Below, one piece after another: positions 1 to 10,062 of a stretch of 64,000 bases of DNA (position 1 is the stretch's first letter; every line of letters starts with the position of its first letter). Made by a program: the position numbers and the translations under genes. The notes below the pieces were generated by a model. It saw nothing but the letters and a program-made list of their open reading frames with translations, had not been told where the DNA came from and did not search any database. Source of the DNA: an uncultured delta proteobacterium (lineage in GTDB: Bacteria > Desulfobacterota > Binatia > Binatales > Binataceae); the NCBI GenBank assembly GCA_963842085.1, contig CAWJET010000002.1:1472001-1536000 (forward strand), in the 5' to 3' direction.

Positions 1-423
1 CTCCCGATTCAGGGCAAAGCGGGCTACCACGTCGCGGATTTTCAGCGTTGGGCCAAACGCTACGGCCTTCCCGCCCAGTTCAATCCGCACTTCCCGTTCA
101 ACACGATTCGGGTGCTGCGCGCCGCGATCGCCGCGCAACTGCACGGCCGCTTCCCGGCGTTTCATTCGGCAGCGTTCCGCGCGATTTGGGAACAAGGACA
201 GGACCTCAGCAAGGAAGATGCGCTGCGCTGGCTTCTCGACAAGGCGGAAATCGATTCAGCACTCATCGAGGGCGAGGATATCAAGAATCGGCTCCGCGCC
301 AACGTCGACGAGGCCGTCAGCCGAGGCGCGTTCGGAGCGCCGACGTTTTTCGTCAATGGCGAAATGTTCTGGGGAAACGATCGGCTGGATTTCGTGGAGG
401 AAGCCCTCATGCGGCAGGCCTGA
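1..423 (+). CDS. DsbA-family 2-hydroxychromene-2-carboxylate isomerase-like protein (5' end outside window)
   Basis: Frame 1 is open from base 1 (DFQRWAKRYGLP..NPHFPFNT); C-terminal GAFGAPTFFVNGEMFWGNDRL is typical of NahD/GST-kappa proteins. Confidence 0.85.
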   Translation, partial: LPIQGKAGYHVADFQRWAKRYGLPAQFNPHFPFNTIRVLRAAIAAQLHGRFPAFHSAAFRAIWEQGQDLSKEDALRWLLDKAEIDSALIEGEDIKNRLRANVDEAVSRGAFGAPTFFVNGEMFWGNDRLDFVEEALMRQA

Positions 424-498
424 CGCGAGTTTGTTCGTCGCATAATCCGTGAGATAAATTTGAAAATACTCCCATGCGCCCCGAATGAGGTCAGTCAC

Positions 499-1467
499 AT
501 GAAAGCAATCGTATTTGAAAAGATGGGCGGGCCGGAGGTGATGAAGATCGCCGAGGTTCCGAAGCCCGAAGTGAAACCTGGGACCGTGCTGATCAAAGTG
601 CGCGCAGCCGGAATCAACTTCGCCGACACGCTGTTCCGGCAGGGACAATACCTCATGCAGCCCAAGCTGCCGGACACGCCGGGGCTCGAGACAGCCGGCG
701 AAGTCGAAGCCGTCGGCGCGGGCGTGACGAACGTCAAACCTGGTCAGCGCGTCGCCGCGCTCGGCAGCAAGATGTACGCCGAGTATGCGCTAGCACCGGC
801 GGCGCAGGTGATTCCGATTCCTGAGTCGATCAGCTTCGAACATGCGGCGGCGTTTCCAGTGCAAGTGCTGACGGCATGGCACATGCTGCACACCTCTCAC
901 CAAACCGGACCCGGCCAGACAGTGTTGGTCCATTCCGCGGCCGGCGGCGTCGGGATCGTCGCGGTGCAAATCGCAAAGGCGGCGGGCGCGCACGTGATTG
1001 GAACGGTATCGAGCACGAGCAAGGCCGCGCTGGTGAAAGAGTACGGCGCGGACGACGTGATCAACTATGCAACCCACGATTTCGCGGCCGAGGCGAACCG
1101 CCTGACCGGCGGTCGCGGCGTCGATTTGATTCTGGACGCGGTCGGCGCAACCACGATGGAGAAGGGGCTGACCTGCCTCGCTCCGTTCGGACATCTGATT
1201 CTCTACGGACGCGCCGGCGGCCCGCCCGAGCCGCTTAACTTGTTCAAACTGTTCGAGAAATCAACCAAAGTGAGCGGATTCGTGCTCTACACGGTGGCGA
1301 CCGTGCCCGACGTGATGCGCCGCGGCATCGAGGAGTCGTTCAAGCTGATCGCGGAGCGCAAACTCAAGCTGCTCATCGGCAAATCATTCCCGCTCGCGCA
1401 GGCCGCCGAGGCGCACCGGTTTATGGAATCGCGGCAATCGACGGGCAAGCTGGTGCTTATACCTTAA
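499..1467 (+). CDS. NADPH:quinone oxidoreductase (zeta-crystallin/MDR family)
   Basis: MKAIVF..GGPEV start, GINFAD, AAAGGVG-like NADPH motif (SAAGGVG), ESRQSTGKLVL end; GAGG RBS before ATG 499. Confidence 0.9.
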   Translation: MKAIVFEKMGGPEVMKIAEVPKPEVKPGTVLIKVRAAGINFADTLFRQGQYLMQPKLPDTPGLETAGEVEAVGAGVTNVKPGQRVAALGSKMYAEYALAPAAQVIPIPESISFEHAAAFPVQVLTAWHMLHTSHQTGPGQTVLVHSAAGGVGIVAVQIAKAAGAHVIGTVSSTSKAALVKEYGADDVINYATHDFAAEANRLTGGRGVDLILDAVGATTMEKGLTCLAPFGHLILYGRAGGPPEPLNLFKLFEKSTKVSGFVLYTVATVPDVMRRGIEESFKLIAERKLKLLIGKSFPLAQAAEAHRFMESRQSTGKLVLIP

Positions 1468-1673
1468 CGCCGCGTTTGGGTGCGCTGCGTTCGATTCGCT
1501 CATCCGCATTGCGGCCCGTGCGCAGAACGAAGCATGCGCTCTCGCGCTTCGCCCAAGCCCTGGATTAAGGTCCTCGTAGTAGCAATTTGCAACTCTCTTT
1601 CGCCCTCGCGAACAAGTTTTCCGCGCTCCGCGATGGCGCCTGGCTCCTGGCGCTGCTGATGGACAAAATCCCC

Positions 1674-1740
1674 TTGACTCGCCGCCTGGATGGGCTTAAT
1701 TAACTGATTAGTTAATAGCGCTATTAACTGTACGGTTAAC
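1674..1740 (+). promoter_or_regulatory. Promoter with tandem palindromic operator sites, probably bound by the TetR protein
   Basis: TTGACT at 1674; TTAACT-N4-AGTTAA (1700-1715) and TTAACT-N4-GGTTAA (1724-1739); perfect 20-bp palindrome AGTTAATAGCGCTATTAACT at 1710-1729 just upstream of tetR. Confidence 0.7.
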
Positions 1741-1747
1741 GAAAGCC

Positions 1748-2455
1748 ATGGCTGGTCCGCGCACAACCGTCCGCAACCTCAACCGCACGCGCGAGAAGAT
1801 TCTCGCCGCCGCACTCGCCGAATTTTCGGCCCGCGGCTTCGCCGGCGCGCGGGTCGACGCGATCGCCCGGCGCGCCCGCGTGAACAAGCGCATGCTCTAC
1901 TACTGCTTCGGCGCCAAGCAGGACCTCTACCGCGAAATTCTGCGCCGCAAAATCGCCGAGCGCGCTGAATGGCTCGAATCCACGCCCGACGATTTCGCCG
2001 GCGCGCTGGCACATATCTACCTCGCCGGCGGCGCCGATATCGATTTCGTCCGTCTTATGGAATGGGAGGCGATCGACAGCGGCGGTAGAAAGTGTATGGC
2101 GGAAGAGGAGCGCCGAGCGTTGTTCGAGAAAGCGGTCGCGCGACTCGCTGTGCTGCAGCGCCGGGGATCGATCCCCCGCGGCGTCAATCTGACCCAGCTT
2201 TTCATTTCGATGCTGTCGCTCGCCTTGTTCCCGCTGGTCATGCCGCAACTTATCCGCCTCATCCACGGCATGGAGCCTGGCGACCGGCGCTTCATGCGCC
2301 AGCGCGCGAATTTTTTGCGCTGGCTTGGAGAGCGGCTGGCAACGACCACGGGAGCTGTCCGCGTTCAATCTCGTCGCCGGCGCGATCTTGCGGCGCCATT
2401 GCAAACCGCGCTTCATCGCCGCCGATCGTTGAAAAGGCCCGGCCAACTCGCTTGA
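1748..2455 (+). CDS. TetR/AcrR family transcriptional regulator
   Basis: N-terminal HTH: ILAAALAEFSARGFAGARVDAIARRARVNKRMLYYCFGAK. Confidence 0.9.
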   Translation: MAGPRTTVRNLNRTREKILAAALAEFSARGFAGARVDAIARRARVNKRMLYYCFGAKQDLYREILRRKIAERAEWLESTPDDFAGALAHIYLAGGADIDFVRLMEWEAIDSGGRKCMAEEERRALFEKAVARLAVLQRRGSIPRGVNLTQLFISMLSLALFPLVMPQLIRLIHGMEPGDRRFMRQRANFLRWLGERLATTTGAVRVQSRRRRDLAAPLQTALHRRRSLKRPGQLA

Positions 2456-3444
2456 AGACGCGAATTGTCATTCTGGTTGTGGTTCTGCTGCTTGGAGTTG
2501 GCGCCTGGACCGGCTATTCACTGTTTTTCGAAGCCCGGGGCACTACCGACAGAATGCTCGTTTCCGGCAACATCGAGGCCCACGAAAGTGTCGTCAGTTT
2601 CAAGGCCGTGCAGTCGCGCGTCGTCGAATTGCCGTTCGACGAGGGCCAGTGGGTAAAGGCTGGAACGCTGCTGGCGCGGCTCGACGACGGCGACTATCGC
2701 CAGCAGGTCGCAATCGACGAGGCTGCTCTGCGAGTGCAGCAAGAAATGCTCGCTTCGGCGATGCAAAAGCTCGAAGCCGCGCGCGCGACGCTCACCGACG
2801 ATAACGCCGACCTCGCGCAAAAGAATATCGACTATGTCCGCAGTCAGAAACTCTGGAATCAAAAAATCATCTCCGGCGACCAACGCGACCACACCGAGAC
2901 TGCGCTCAAGCAATCGAAAGCGGCGATGCAACGAGACCTCGCGATGGAACGCAGCGCTCAGCAGGACATCGAGGTCGCCAAGGCGAACATCCGCGACGCC
3001 AGCGCAAGTCTCGAGCTCGCGAAGATAATGCTCGGCTACACCGTTCTGCGTGCGCCGTTCTCCGGCGTCATTCTCACCCGTCAGACCGAGCTCGGCGAAG
3101 TGATGCAACCCGGCACGCCCGTGGTCACGCTGGCCGACCTCGATCACGTCTGGCTGCGCGCTTATGTCGCCGAAACCGACCTCGGCCGCATTCGATGGGG
3201 CCAGGCGGCGACCGTTCACACCGACACCTATCCCGACAAAGCGTATCCGGGACAAATCTCGTTCATCTCCTCCGAAGCCGAATTCACTCCCAAGAGCGTC
3301 GAGACTCACAAGGAGCGCGTGACGCTCGTCTATCGAATCAAAATCGACGTTGAAAATCCGCGTCATGAATTGAAACCCGGGATGCCTGCGGACGCGACAA
3401 TCCATCTCGGGCCACCCGTGCAAAGCGGCAACAGTCGTGGATAA
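2452..3444 (+). CDS. HlyD-family periplasmic adaptor (YbhG-like)
   Basis: TTG start overlaps tetR stop; N-terminal TM, lipoyl-like halves (EGQWVKAGTLLARLD; LRAPFSGVI), AEFTPKSVET motif. Confidence 0.88.
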   Translation: MKTRIVILVVVLLLGVGAWTGYSLFFEARGTTDRMLVSGNIEAHESVVSFKAVQSRVVELPFDEGQWVKAGTLLARLDDGDYRQQVAIDEAALRVQQEMLASAMQKLEAARATLTDDNADLAQKNIDYVRSQKLWNQKIISGDQRDHTETALKQSKAAMQRDLAMERSAQQDIEVAKANIRDASASLELAKIMLGYTVLRAPFSGVILTRQTELGEVMQPGTPVVTLADLDHVWLRAYVAETDLGRIRWGQAATVHTDTYPDKAYPGQISFISSEAEFTPKSVETHKERVTLVYRIKIDVENPRHELKPGMPADATIHLGPPVQSGNSRG

Positions 3445-4378
3445 CAGCACCGTCGTCATCCGCGATCTGGTGAAGGACTTCCCGGGCGTCCGCGCGATCG
3501 ACCACCTGAACTTCGACGCCGCGCCCGGTGAAATCTTCGGCATCGTCGGTCCCGATGGCGCCGGCAAAACCACGATCATGCGCATCCTCGCAGGAGTGCT
3601 GCCGCCGGACGCCGGCACCGCCACCGTGGCGCGATGCGACGTGGTCGCCGATCCTGAAGGCGTCAAGCACCTGATCAGCTACATGCCGCAGCGCTTCGGC
3701 CTCTACGAAGACTTGACGGTTGACGAGAACATCCGATTTTACGCCGACCTGTTCGGCGTTCGCAGACGGGACCGCGAGGCGCGCGCCGCCGAACTGCTCC
3801 GAGCGTGCGGCATGCCGGAGTTCCGCGCCCGCCCGGCCGGCAAGCTCTCCGGCGGAATGAAGCAGAAGCTCGGCCTGGTCTGCGCCTTGATTCACACCCC
3901 GCGCGTGTTGCTACTCGATGAGCCGACCAACGGCGTCGATCCGGTTTCGCGCCGCGAATTCTGGGCGATGCTCTATTCGCTCGCCGGCCAGGGCGTCACC
4001 GTCATCAATTCCACCGCGTACCTCGACGAGGCCGAGCGATGCCATCGGATAGCGCTTCTTCATCAGGGACGTTTGCTCTTCTGCGACGCACCCGCACATC
4101 TCAAGTCGCAGCTCCAGGGCTCGGTCGTGTCGATCGTGTCGTCCGATGCGCGCCGGGTACGGGCTGAACTCGACGCCGCCGACGGCGTCTCGAGTTTGGT
4201 GATGGTCGGCGACGCAGTTCATTTGTTTGTCGATGACGCCGAGCGGCGCATCGCCGAGTTCAGCGCACGGTTGACCCGTGCGCAGATTCCGTTTGACGAG
4301 ATCGTCCGCGTTACACCGACCATCGAAGATCTTTTTGTCGAGGCAGTTCGCGAAGACTCGAGGCACGCGGCGGCATGA
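3437..4378 (+). CDS. ABC transporter ATP-binding protein
   Basis: Walker A GPDGAGKT, LSGGMKQ signature, LLLDEP. Confidence 0.93.
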   Translation: MDNSTVVIRDLVKDFPGVRAIDHLNFDAAPGEIFGIVGPDGAGKTTIMRILAGVLPPDAGTATVARCDVVADPEGVKHLISYMPQRFGLYEDLTVDENIRFYADLFGVRRRDREARAAELLRACGMPEFRARPAGKLSGGMKQKLGLVCALIHTPRVLLLDEPTNGVDPVSRREFWAMLYSLAGQGVTVINSTAYLDEAERCHRIALLHQGRLLFCDAPAHLKSQLQGSVVSIVSSDARRVRAELDAADGVSSLVMVGDAVHLFVDDAERRIAEFSARLTRAQIPFDEIVRVTPTIEDLFVEAVREDSRHAAA

Positions 4379-5337
4379 CGCGCGCCAACGGCAATTCGGT
4401 CGAAGTCGAAAACCTGGTGAAGCGCTTTGGCGATTTCACCGCCGTCGATCGCGTTTCGTTTCAGACCCGCGCCGGTGAAGTCTTCGGATTCCTCGGACCC
4501 AACGGCTCGGGAAAATCGACCACGATTCGAATCCTGTGCGGATTGCTGCTTCCGACCTCCGGCCGCGCTATCGTCGCCGGCTACGACGTTGTCCAATCGC
4601 CCGAGCTGATCCGCCGCAACATCGGCTACATGTCGCAGAAGTTCTCGCTCTACGCCGACCTAACCGTGTTGGAGAATTTGCGATTCTACGCGGGCATGTA
4701 TGGCGTGCCCGCGGCTGAGCTGCGCGGCCGGATCGATTGGGCGCTCGAGATGGCCGGCTTGCGCGGCCGCGAGTCGAGCCTGACCGGCACCCTCGCGGGC
4801 GGATGGAAGCAGCGGCTCGCACTCGGTTGCGCCGTCCTGCATCGCCCGCCAATCCTTTTCCTCGACGAACCGACCTCAGGCGTCGATCCGCTCTCGCGGC
4901 GCCTGTTCTGGGAGTTGATTCAGAGAATGAGCGACGACGGCGTCACCATCTTCGTCACGACGCACTACATGGACGAAGCCGAATATTGCAACCGTCTCGC
5001 ACTTATGAATGGCGGCAGGCTGATCGCGCTGGGCACACCCACCGAACTCAAGTTGGGCTCGATCCAGGGCTCGTTGCTGCTGCTCGAATGCGATCGGCTT
5101 GGCGACGCTATCGAACGCGTGCGCCGTATCGACGGCGTTCGCGACGTCGCCGTCTTCGGCAACGCCCTGCACCTGGTGGTATCCGACGCCGTCGTTACTC
5201 CCGCGATTCGCGCCGCGCTCGAGGCCGGCGCAATCTCGGTGGCCGGCTTGAGAGTGATTCGCCCCAGCCTCGAAGATGCGTTCGTCGCATTGACTACTCG
5301 CCGCAGCGCCGATGCCGCGCCGGAGCTGCCGCCATGA
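4375..5337 (+). CDS. ABC transporter ATP-binding protein
   Basis: Walker A GPNGSGKS, LAGGWKQR, LFLDEP, TTHY H-loop. Confidence 0.93.
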   Translation: MTRANGNSVEVENLVKRFGDFTAVDRVSFQTRAGEVFGFLGPNGSGKSTTIRILCGLLLPTSGRAIVAGYDVVQSPELIRRNIGYMSQKFSLYADLTVLENLRFYAGMYGVPAAELRGRIDWALEMAGLRGRESSLTGTLAGGWKQRLALGCAVLHRPPILFLDEPTSGVDPLSRRLFWELIQRMSDDGVTIFVTTHYMDEAEYCNRLALMNGGRLIALGTPTELKLGSIQGSLLLLECDRLGDAIERVRRIDGVRDVAVFGNALHLVVSDAVVTPAIRAALEAGAISVAGLRVIRPSLEDAFVALTTRRSADAAPELPP

Positions 5338-6467
5338 ACCTTCGCCGGCTGCTCGCCATCTCGCGCAAGGAAGTTTTCCAGGTGCTCCGCGATTCGCGCA
5401 GCCTGCTGATCGTCCTGCTGATGCCGCTGATGCTTATGACGACGCTCGGTTACGGCGTCAATCTCGACACCAAACACATCCGGGTGTTCGCGTACGATCG
5501 CGAAGGCAGCCAGGCAAGCCAGGATCTTCTCAAGCGCTTTCAGTCCTCTGATTATTTTGACCTGGTTGCCACCGTCACTGACTACCGCGCGCTGGCCGCC
5601 GCGCTGGACGACGGCCGATGCCAGCTCGCGATTGTGATTCCGTACGACTTTTCCGCGCGCCTCCACGACGGACGGCCCGTGACCGTGCAGGCGCTTGTCG
5701 ACGGTTCCGACAACAACACTGCCGAGCTCGCGATCGGATACGCGCAAGGCGTGCTTGGCTCTTATAGCGCCGCCGTTCAGGCCGACTACCTTCGTAAGTC
5801 ACACGCGCCCACGGTGAATCCCGTGCTATCGGTCGAAGCGCGAACCTGGTTCAACGAGGATCTCGAAAGCAAGAACTTCATTGTGCCGGGTGTCGCCGCG
5901 ATCGTGATGGCCGTCGTCGGCGTATTGCTCACGTCGCTGACCGTCGCGCGCGAGTGGGAACGCGGCACCATGGAACAACTCATCTCGACTCCGGTAACCT
6001 CGCTCGAGATCATCATCGGCAAGCTGCTTCCCTACTTCGCGCTGGGCATGTTCGACACCGCCATGTGCGCCGCGGTCGCCGTCTGGTGGTTCCGGGTCCC
6101 GTTCCGCGGTTCGCTCGTCGCGCTGTCCGTCGGCTCGGGAATTTATTTGGTCGCGATTCTGGGGCTTGGATTCTGGGTCTCCGTCGCCACCAAGAATCAG
6201 CTCGCCGCGAGTCAGATCGGCCTGGTGACCGCCTTCCTGCCCTCGTTCCTGCTGTCGGGATTCACGTTCCCGATCGACCAGATGCCGCTCGGCGTGCAGC
6301 CCTTCACCTACCTGATCGCGGCACGCTACTACATCGTCATCCTCAAGAGCGTATTTCTGCGCGGCACCGGCCTCGGCCTTCTCACCGAACCTTTGATCGC
6401 ACTAGTTATCTACGCCGTGATCATGGTGTTCCTGGCCAGGCGATCATTCCACAAGTCGCTGGCATGA
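5334..6467 (+). CDS. ABC-2 type permease (YbhS-like)
   Basis: ATG overlaps previous stop; MNLRRLLAISRKE, REWERGTMEQL, LLSGFTFPIDQMP. Confidence 0.9.
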   Translation: MNLRRLLAISRKEVFQVLRDSRSLLIVLLMPLMLMTTLGYGVNLDTKHIRVFAYDREGSQASQDLLKRFQSSDYFDLVATVTDYRALAAALDDGRCQLAIVIPYDFSARLHDGRPVTVQALVDGSDNNTAELAIGYAQGVLGSYSAAVQADYLRKSHAPTVNPVLSVEARTWFNEDLESKNFIVPGVAAIVMAVVGVLLTSLTVAREWERGTMEQLISTPVTSLEIIIGKLLPYFALGMFDTAMCAAVAVWWFRVPFRGSLVALSVGSGIYLVAILGLGFWVSVATKNQLAASQIGLVTAFLPSFLLSGFTFPIDQMPLGVQPFTYLIAARYYIVILKSVFLRGTGLGLLTEPLIALVIYAVIMVFLARRSFHKSLA

Positions 6468-6476
6468 GAGGCTGAC

Positions 6477-7610
6477 GTGATAGAGCGCCTGCGTCAGATT
6501 CTGATCAAGGAATTCATCCACCTGTTTCGCGACCCGCATGCGCGCTTCTCGCTGCTCGTTCCGCCACTGCTGCAAATGCTGATATTCGGTTACGCCGCCA
6601 CCTACGACGTGAATCGCGTTTCGACCGCCGTCCTCGATTTCGACCACAGCCAGGAGAGCCGCGAGTTCCTCGCGCGTTTCAGCTCCAGCAGCCGCTTCCA
6701 GGTGCGCGACGTCCTGCAGAGTGAATCGCAAATCCCGTCTCTGCTCGATCATCGGCGCGTCGTCCTGGTGCTCCAGATTCAGCCGGGCTTCGCCGAACTG
6801 CTGCGCAAGGGGCAGACGGCGCCGGTGCAGGCCGTGCTCGACGGCACCGACTCGAACACCGCATTGATCGCCGTTGGATACATCAATCAGATCGCAAATC
6901 GATTTGCCCAGGACTATCAACTCCAACTCGCCGACCGGCTAAGGCCAAGCCTCGCGACTTTCGCGCCCGACATCGAGCTCCAGGAGCGCCCCTGGTACAA
7001 CCCGAACCTCGAGAGCCGATGGTTTTTCGTGCCCGGCGTGATCGGAACCCTGGTCCTCGTATCGGTGATGACGCTCACCGCCTTTGCCGTGGTGCGAGAG
7101 CGCGAGATCGGCACCCTCGAACAATTGATGGTTACGCCGATCAGCCCTGCCGAATTGATCGTCGGCAAGACTCTGCCGTTCCTGCTGGTCGGGCTCGCCA
7201 ACGTGGTCGTAGTCGGAATCGCGGGAACGCTGCGGTTCCAGGTTCCGTTTCGCGGAGACGTTTTCGTTCTGCTGCTCGGCACCACGCTATTTCTGTCGAG
7301 CGCGCTCGGCGTCGGACTGCTGATTTCGACGGTCTGCCAGACCCAGCAGCAGGCTTTTGCGATCTCCTTCTTTTACATCTCACCGGCGATCATGCTGTCG
7401 GGTTTCGGCTATCCGATCACCAGCATGCCGACGGCTCTGCAATGGCTAACCAATCTCGATGCGCTGCGCTTCTATCTCGTTGTCCTGCGGGGAACTTTCC
7501 TCAAAGGCATCGGGCTGGAAGTGCTATGGCCGCAGATGGTTGCGATGGCTATTCTCGGGGCGGTCACGCTCTCACTGGCAACGCTCAGATTTCGCAAGAC
7601 CCTCGACTGA
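6477..7610 (+). CDS. ABC-2 type permease (YbhR-like)
   Basis: WYNPNLESRWFFVPG, REREIGTLEQL, multiple TM segments. Confidence 0.9.
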   Translation: MIERLRQILIKEFIHLFRDPHARFSLLVPPLLQMLIFGYAATYDVNRVSTAVLDFDHSQESREFLARFSSSSRFQVRDVLQSESQIPSLLDHRRVVLVLQIQPGFAELLRKGQTAPVQAVLDGTDSNTALIAVGYINQIANRFAQDYQLQLADRLRPSLATFAPDIELQERPWYNPNLESRWFFVPGVIGTLVLVSVMTLTAFAVVREREIGTLEQLMVTPISPAELIVGKTLPFLLVGLANVVVVGIAGTLRFQVPFRGDVFVLLLGTTLFLSSALGVGLLISTVCQTQQQAFAISFFYISPAIMLSGFGYPITSMPTALQWLTNLDALRFYLVVLRGTFLKGIGLEVLWPQMVAMAILGAVTLSLATLRFRKTLD

Positions 7611-7614
7611 TTCT

Positions 7615-9885
7615 TCACAGCGGCGGTCGTGTGAGAACCGGTTTGTCGTTGGCCAGGGTTGTCTTGCCGATTCCCTTGACGCCGAATCTCCGGATGACCG
7701 CCGCGAGTTTCGCCGGTGTCTCGATGGGCGTGGCGCAAGCCGTTCCCGCACATACGAATGCGAGCGGAACTCCCTTGGCAGCGCTGGATTCGAACATTGT
7801 GCGCGCCGCGGCCGGCACTTCGGCGCCTCCGTAGTCTGATCCGACCCGCATCACAACTTTCCCCGGACGATAACTCGCCAACGCCATCTTCCATAATGCG
7901 GCCGCGCGCGCGTCGCCGTGCGGCCCGGCTATCGCGACCGTCGCCTGGCCGTTCGCGCGATACTCCAGCGCGAGCCCGACCGTCGCGACCAGGTCGCTCA
8001 TCATCGATCCCGCCATCGCCGGAGCACTCTCCATCAGTTCGTCCGCGATCTTCGAATAACGGTCGTCGCCGGTGATTAGCGCAAGCTTCGCGGTCGCGAT
8101 CGCCATCGTCGCTTGCACGGACGGCATCGACATATCAAGGAACACCTGCCCGCTGGTTTGAGACTGCGCAAGCACCGTGTTCGCGTCTTCGGACTCGCGA
8201 TTCACCAACAAGCTCGAGCCATCGGCACGGAAGTTCTTCACAATGATCGCGACGAGGTTGCGCGCTTCGACCAGGTACTTCTGGTCAGCCGAAAATTGAT
8301 ACGCGTCAATCATCGCATCGAGCAGGTAAACCTGGTCGGCGGCCAGCCCTGCCACCTGCGCGCGTCCATCCGACCAGACATGAAAGAAAGTACCGTCGGA
8401 CGCGCGCATATTCGCCAGGATGAAATCCAGATCGTTGAGCGCGGCGCGTTGAAGACTTTGGTCGGCAAGCGCCGCCGATGCCGACAGGTAAGCGTCCGCC
8501 ATCAGCGCATTCCGATCGGTCATCACGGCGCGATCGACTTGCGGCGCTTTGCGGCGAGCCCGTGCCGCGAGCATCGCGTCCGATGCCCGTTCGATCTTCT
8601 CACGCGCTTGTGCCAGCGGGAGCTTCAGCCTGGCCGCTACCTGCTCCGGGCTCATCGCGCGCCTCAGAACGATTCGTCCGTCGGGCGCGTACGCGGGCGC
8701 GTCTGCCATTCCGTAAAATAAAATCGCGACGCGCGCCTCATCCGGCGGCAGCGCTCGTTTCACTTCGTCGACGGTCCAGGTGTAGTAGCTGCCGTCGTCG
8801 CCCTTGAACGAATCGGCGTCCTGGTGCGAATAAAACGCGCCCGTCTTCGGGTCGAGCAGCTCGCGATTCACGTAGCGAACGATCGACTTCGCCACCCGCG
8901 CGAGGTCGGGGTCGCCGCTCGCTTCGTACGCGTCGCTGTACGCGTGCAATGCCATCGCGTTGTCGTACGCGAGCTTTTCGAAATGCGGCACGCGCCATCG
9001 CGCATCTGTCGAGTAGCGATGAAATCCGCCGCCTAGTTGATCGAACACTCCGCCCGCCGCGATTTTTTTCAGGGTCTCGAGCGCCATCGCCGTATACTCC
9101 GGATGGCCGTAAAAGCCGTGCGCGAGCACGAGCTCCGGCGCCGGGAAATCGCAAAATCGCGGCCCCGGACCCGAGCCGAATCCTCCCGACTCGCGATTGT
9201 ACGATGTCGCCAGTCCCGCCAGTATTTGCGCGCGCAGACCCTCGAGTCCTCCATGCACGGAAGCGTTCCGGCTCGACTCGGATTTCAGCTTCGCCGCAGC
9301 CGCTTTCGCTTCACGCTCAAGCCCTGCACGATCCGCCGCGTACACCTGCGCGATTCGCTTCAGCAACGGCAGCATCGAGGAGTTTTCTCCGCCGCTCCCG
9401 TCAGGTCCGGCGCCCGGCCGCGGTGGCAGATATCCCGCCGCGAAGAACAGCACGCCATCGGGCATCGTGAAACACGTCAGCGGCCAACCGCCCGCGCCGG
9501 TCAGATTCGCCGCCGCATTCTGATAGTACGCGTCGATGTCCGGGCGTTCGTCGCTGTCGACCTTTACCGGCACGAACTCGCTGTTCAGCACCGCCGCCAC
9601 TTCGGGATCGGCGTAAGTCGTCTCGTCCATCACGTGACACCAGTGGCACCACACTGCGCCGATGTCGATCATGAGCGGACGATTCAGCGACCGCGCCAGC
9701 GCGAGCGTTTGCGGGCTCCACGCCTGCCATCGAATCGCGCTCGACGACGCCTCCCGCAGATACATGCTCGGCGACGACTTCAGCGCCCCAGCCGGCAACG
9801 CATTCGCCGGCCCCGCAGCGGCGCCCGCTCTCGCACTGAAGATGCAAAGGATCGCGACTGACGCAAGAATCGCTCGCGTTGACAT
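7615..9885 (-). CDS. YyaL/SPATA20-family thioredoxin-domain protein with apparent signal peptide
   Basis: WCHWCHVM, VKVDSDERPDID, GGWPLT, GGFHRYSTD..W.VPHFEK; start chosen at ATG 9885 (MSTRAILASVAILCIFSARAGA). Confidence 0.85.
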   Translation of the reverse strand: MSTRAILASVAILCIFSARAGAAAGPANALPAGALKSSPSMYLREASSSAIRWQAWSPQTLALARSLNRPLMIDIGAVWCHWCHVMDETTYADPEVAAVLNSEFVPVKVDSDERPDIDAYYQNAAANLTGAGGWPLTCFTMPDGVLFFAAGYLPPRPGAGPDGSGGENSSMLPLLKRIAQVYAADRAGLEREAKAAAAKLKSESSRNASVHGGLEGLRAQILAGLATSYNRESGGFGSGPGPRFCDFPAPELVLAHGFYGHPEYTAMALETLKKIAAGGVFDQLGGGFHRYSTDARWRVPHFEKLAYDNAMALHAYSDAYEASGDPDLARVAKSIVRYVNRELLDPKTGAFYSHQDADSFKGDDGSYYTWTVDEVKRALPPDEARVAILFYGMADAPAYAPDGRIVLRRAMSPEQVAARLKLPLAQAREKIERASDAMLAARARRKAPQVDRAVMTDRNALMADAYLSASAALADQSLQRAALNDLDFILANMRASDGTFFHVWSDGRAQVAGLAADQVYLLDAMIDAYQFSADQKYLVEARNLVAIIVKNFRADGSSLLVNRESEDANTVLAQSQTSGQVFLDMSMPSVQATMAIATAKLALITGDDRYSKIADELMESAPAMAGSMMSDLVATVGLALEYRANGQATVAIAGPHGDARAAALWKMALASYRPGKVVMRVGSDYGGAEVPAAARTMFESSAAKGVPLAFVCAGTACATPIETPAKLAAVIRRFGVKGIGKTTLANDKPVLTRPPL

Positions 9886-10062
9886 ACCACCGATGGCGCG
9901 ATAGCTGGGAATTGGAGCGCGGCGGTGACGGGCAGCCGTCGCGTCGCTGCCGGTGAAAGAGGTGGCGCATGCGAACGCCGTTGGTTTAGACTCCGAGTTC
10001 AATTATGGATGCCGTGCAGAGCAACCTGCGCCGACACCGCCGAATTCCATCGTGAGCCGAAC

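Noticed and set aside
1468-1673. Possible small RNA or small ORF between the oxidoreductase and tetR
   Set aside because: No convincing RBS, family motif or recognisable RNA structure
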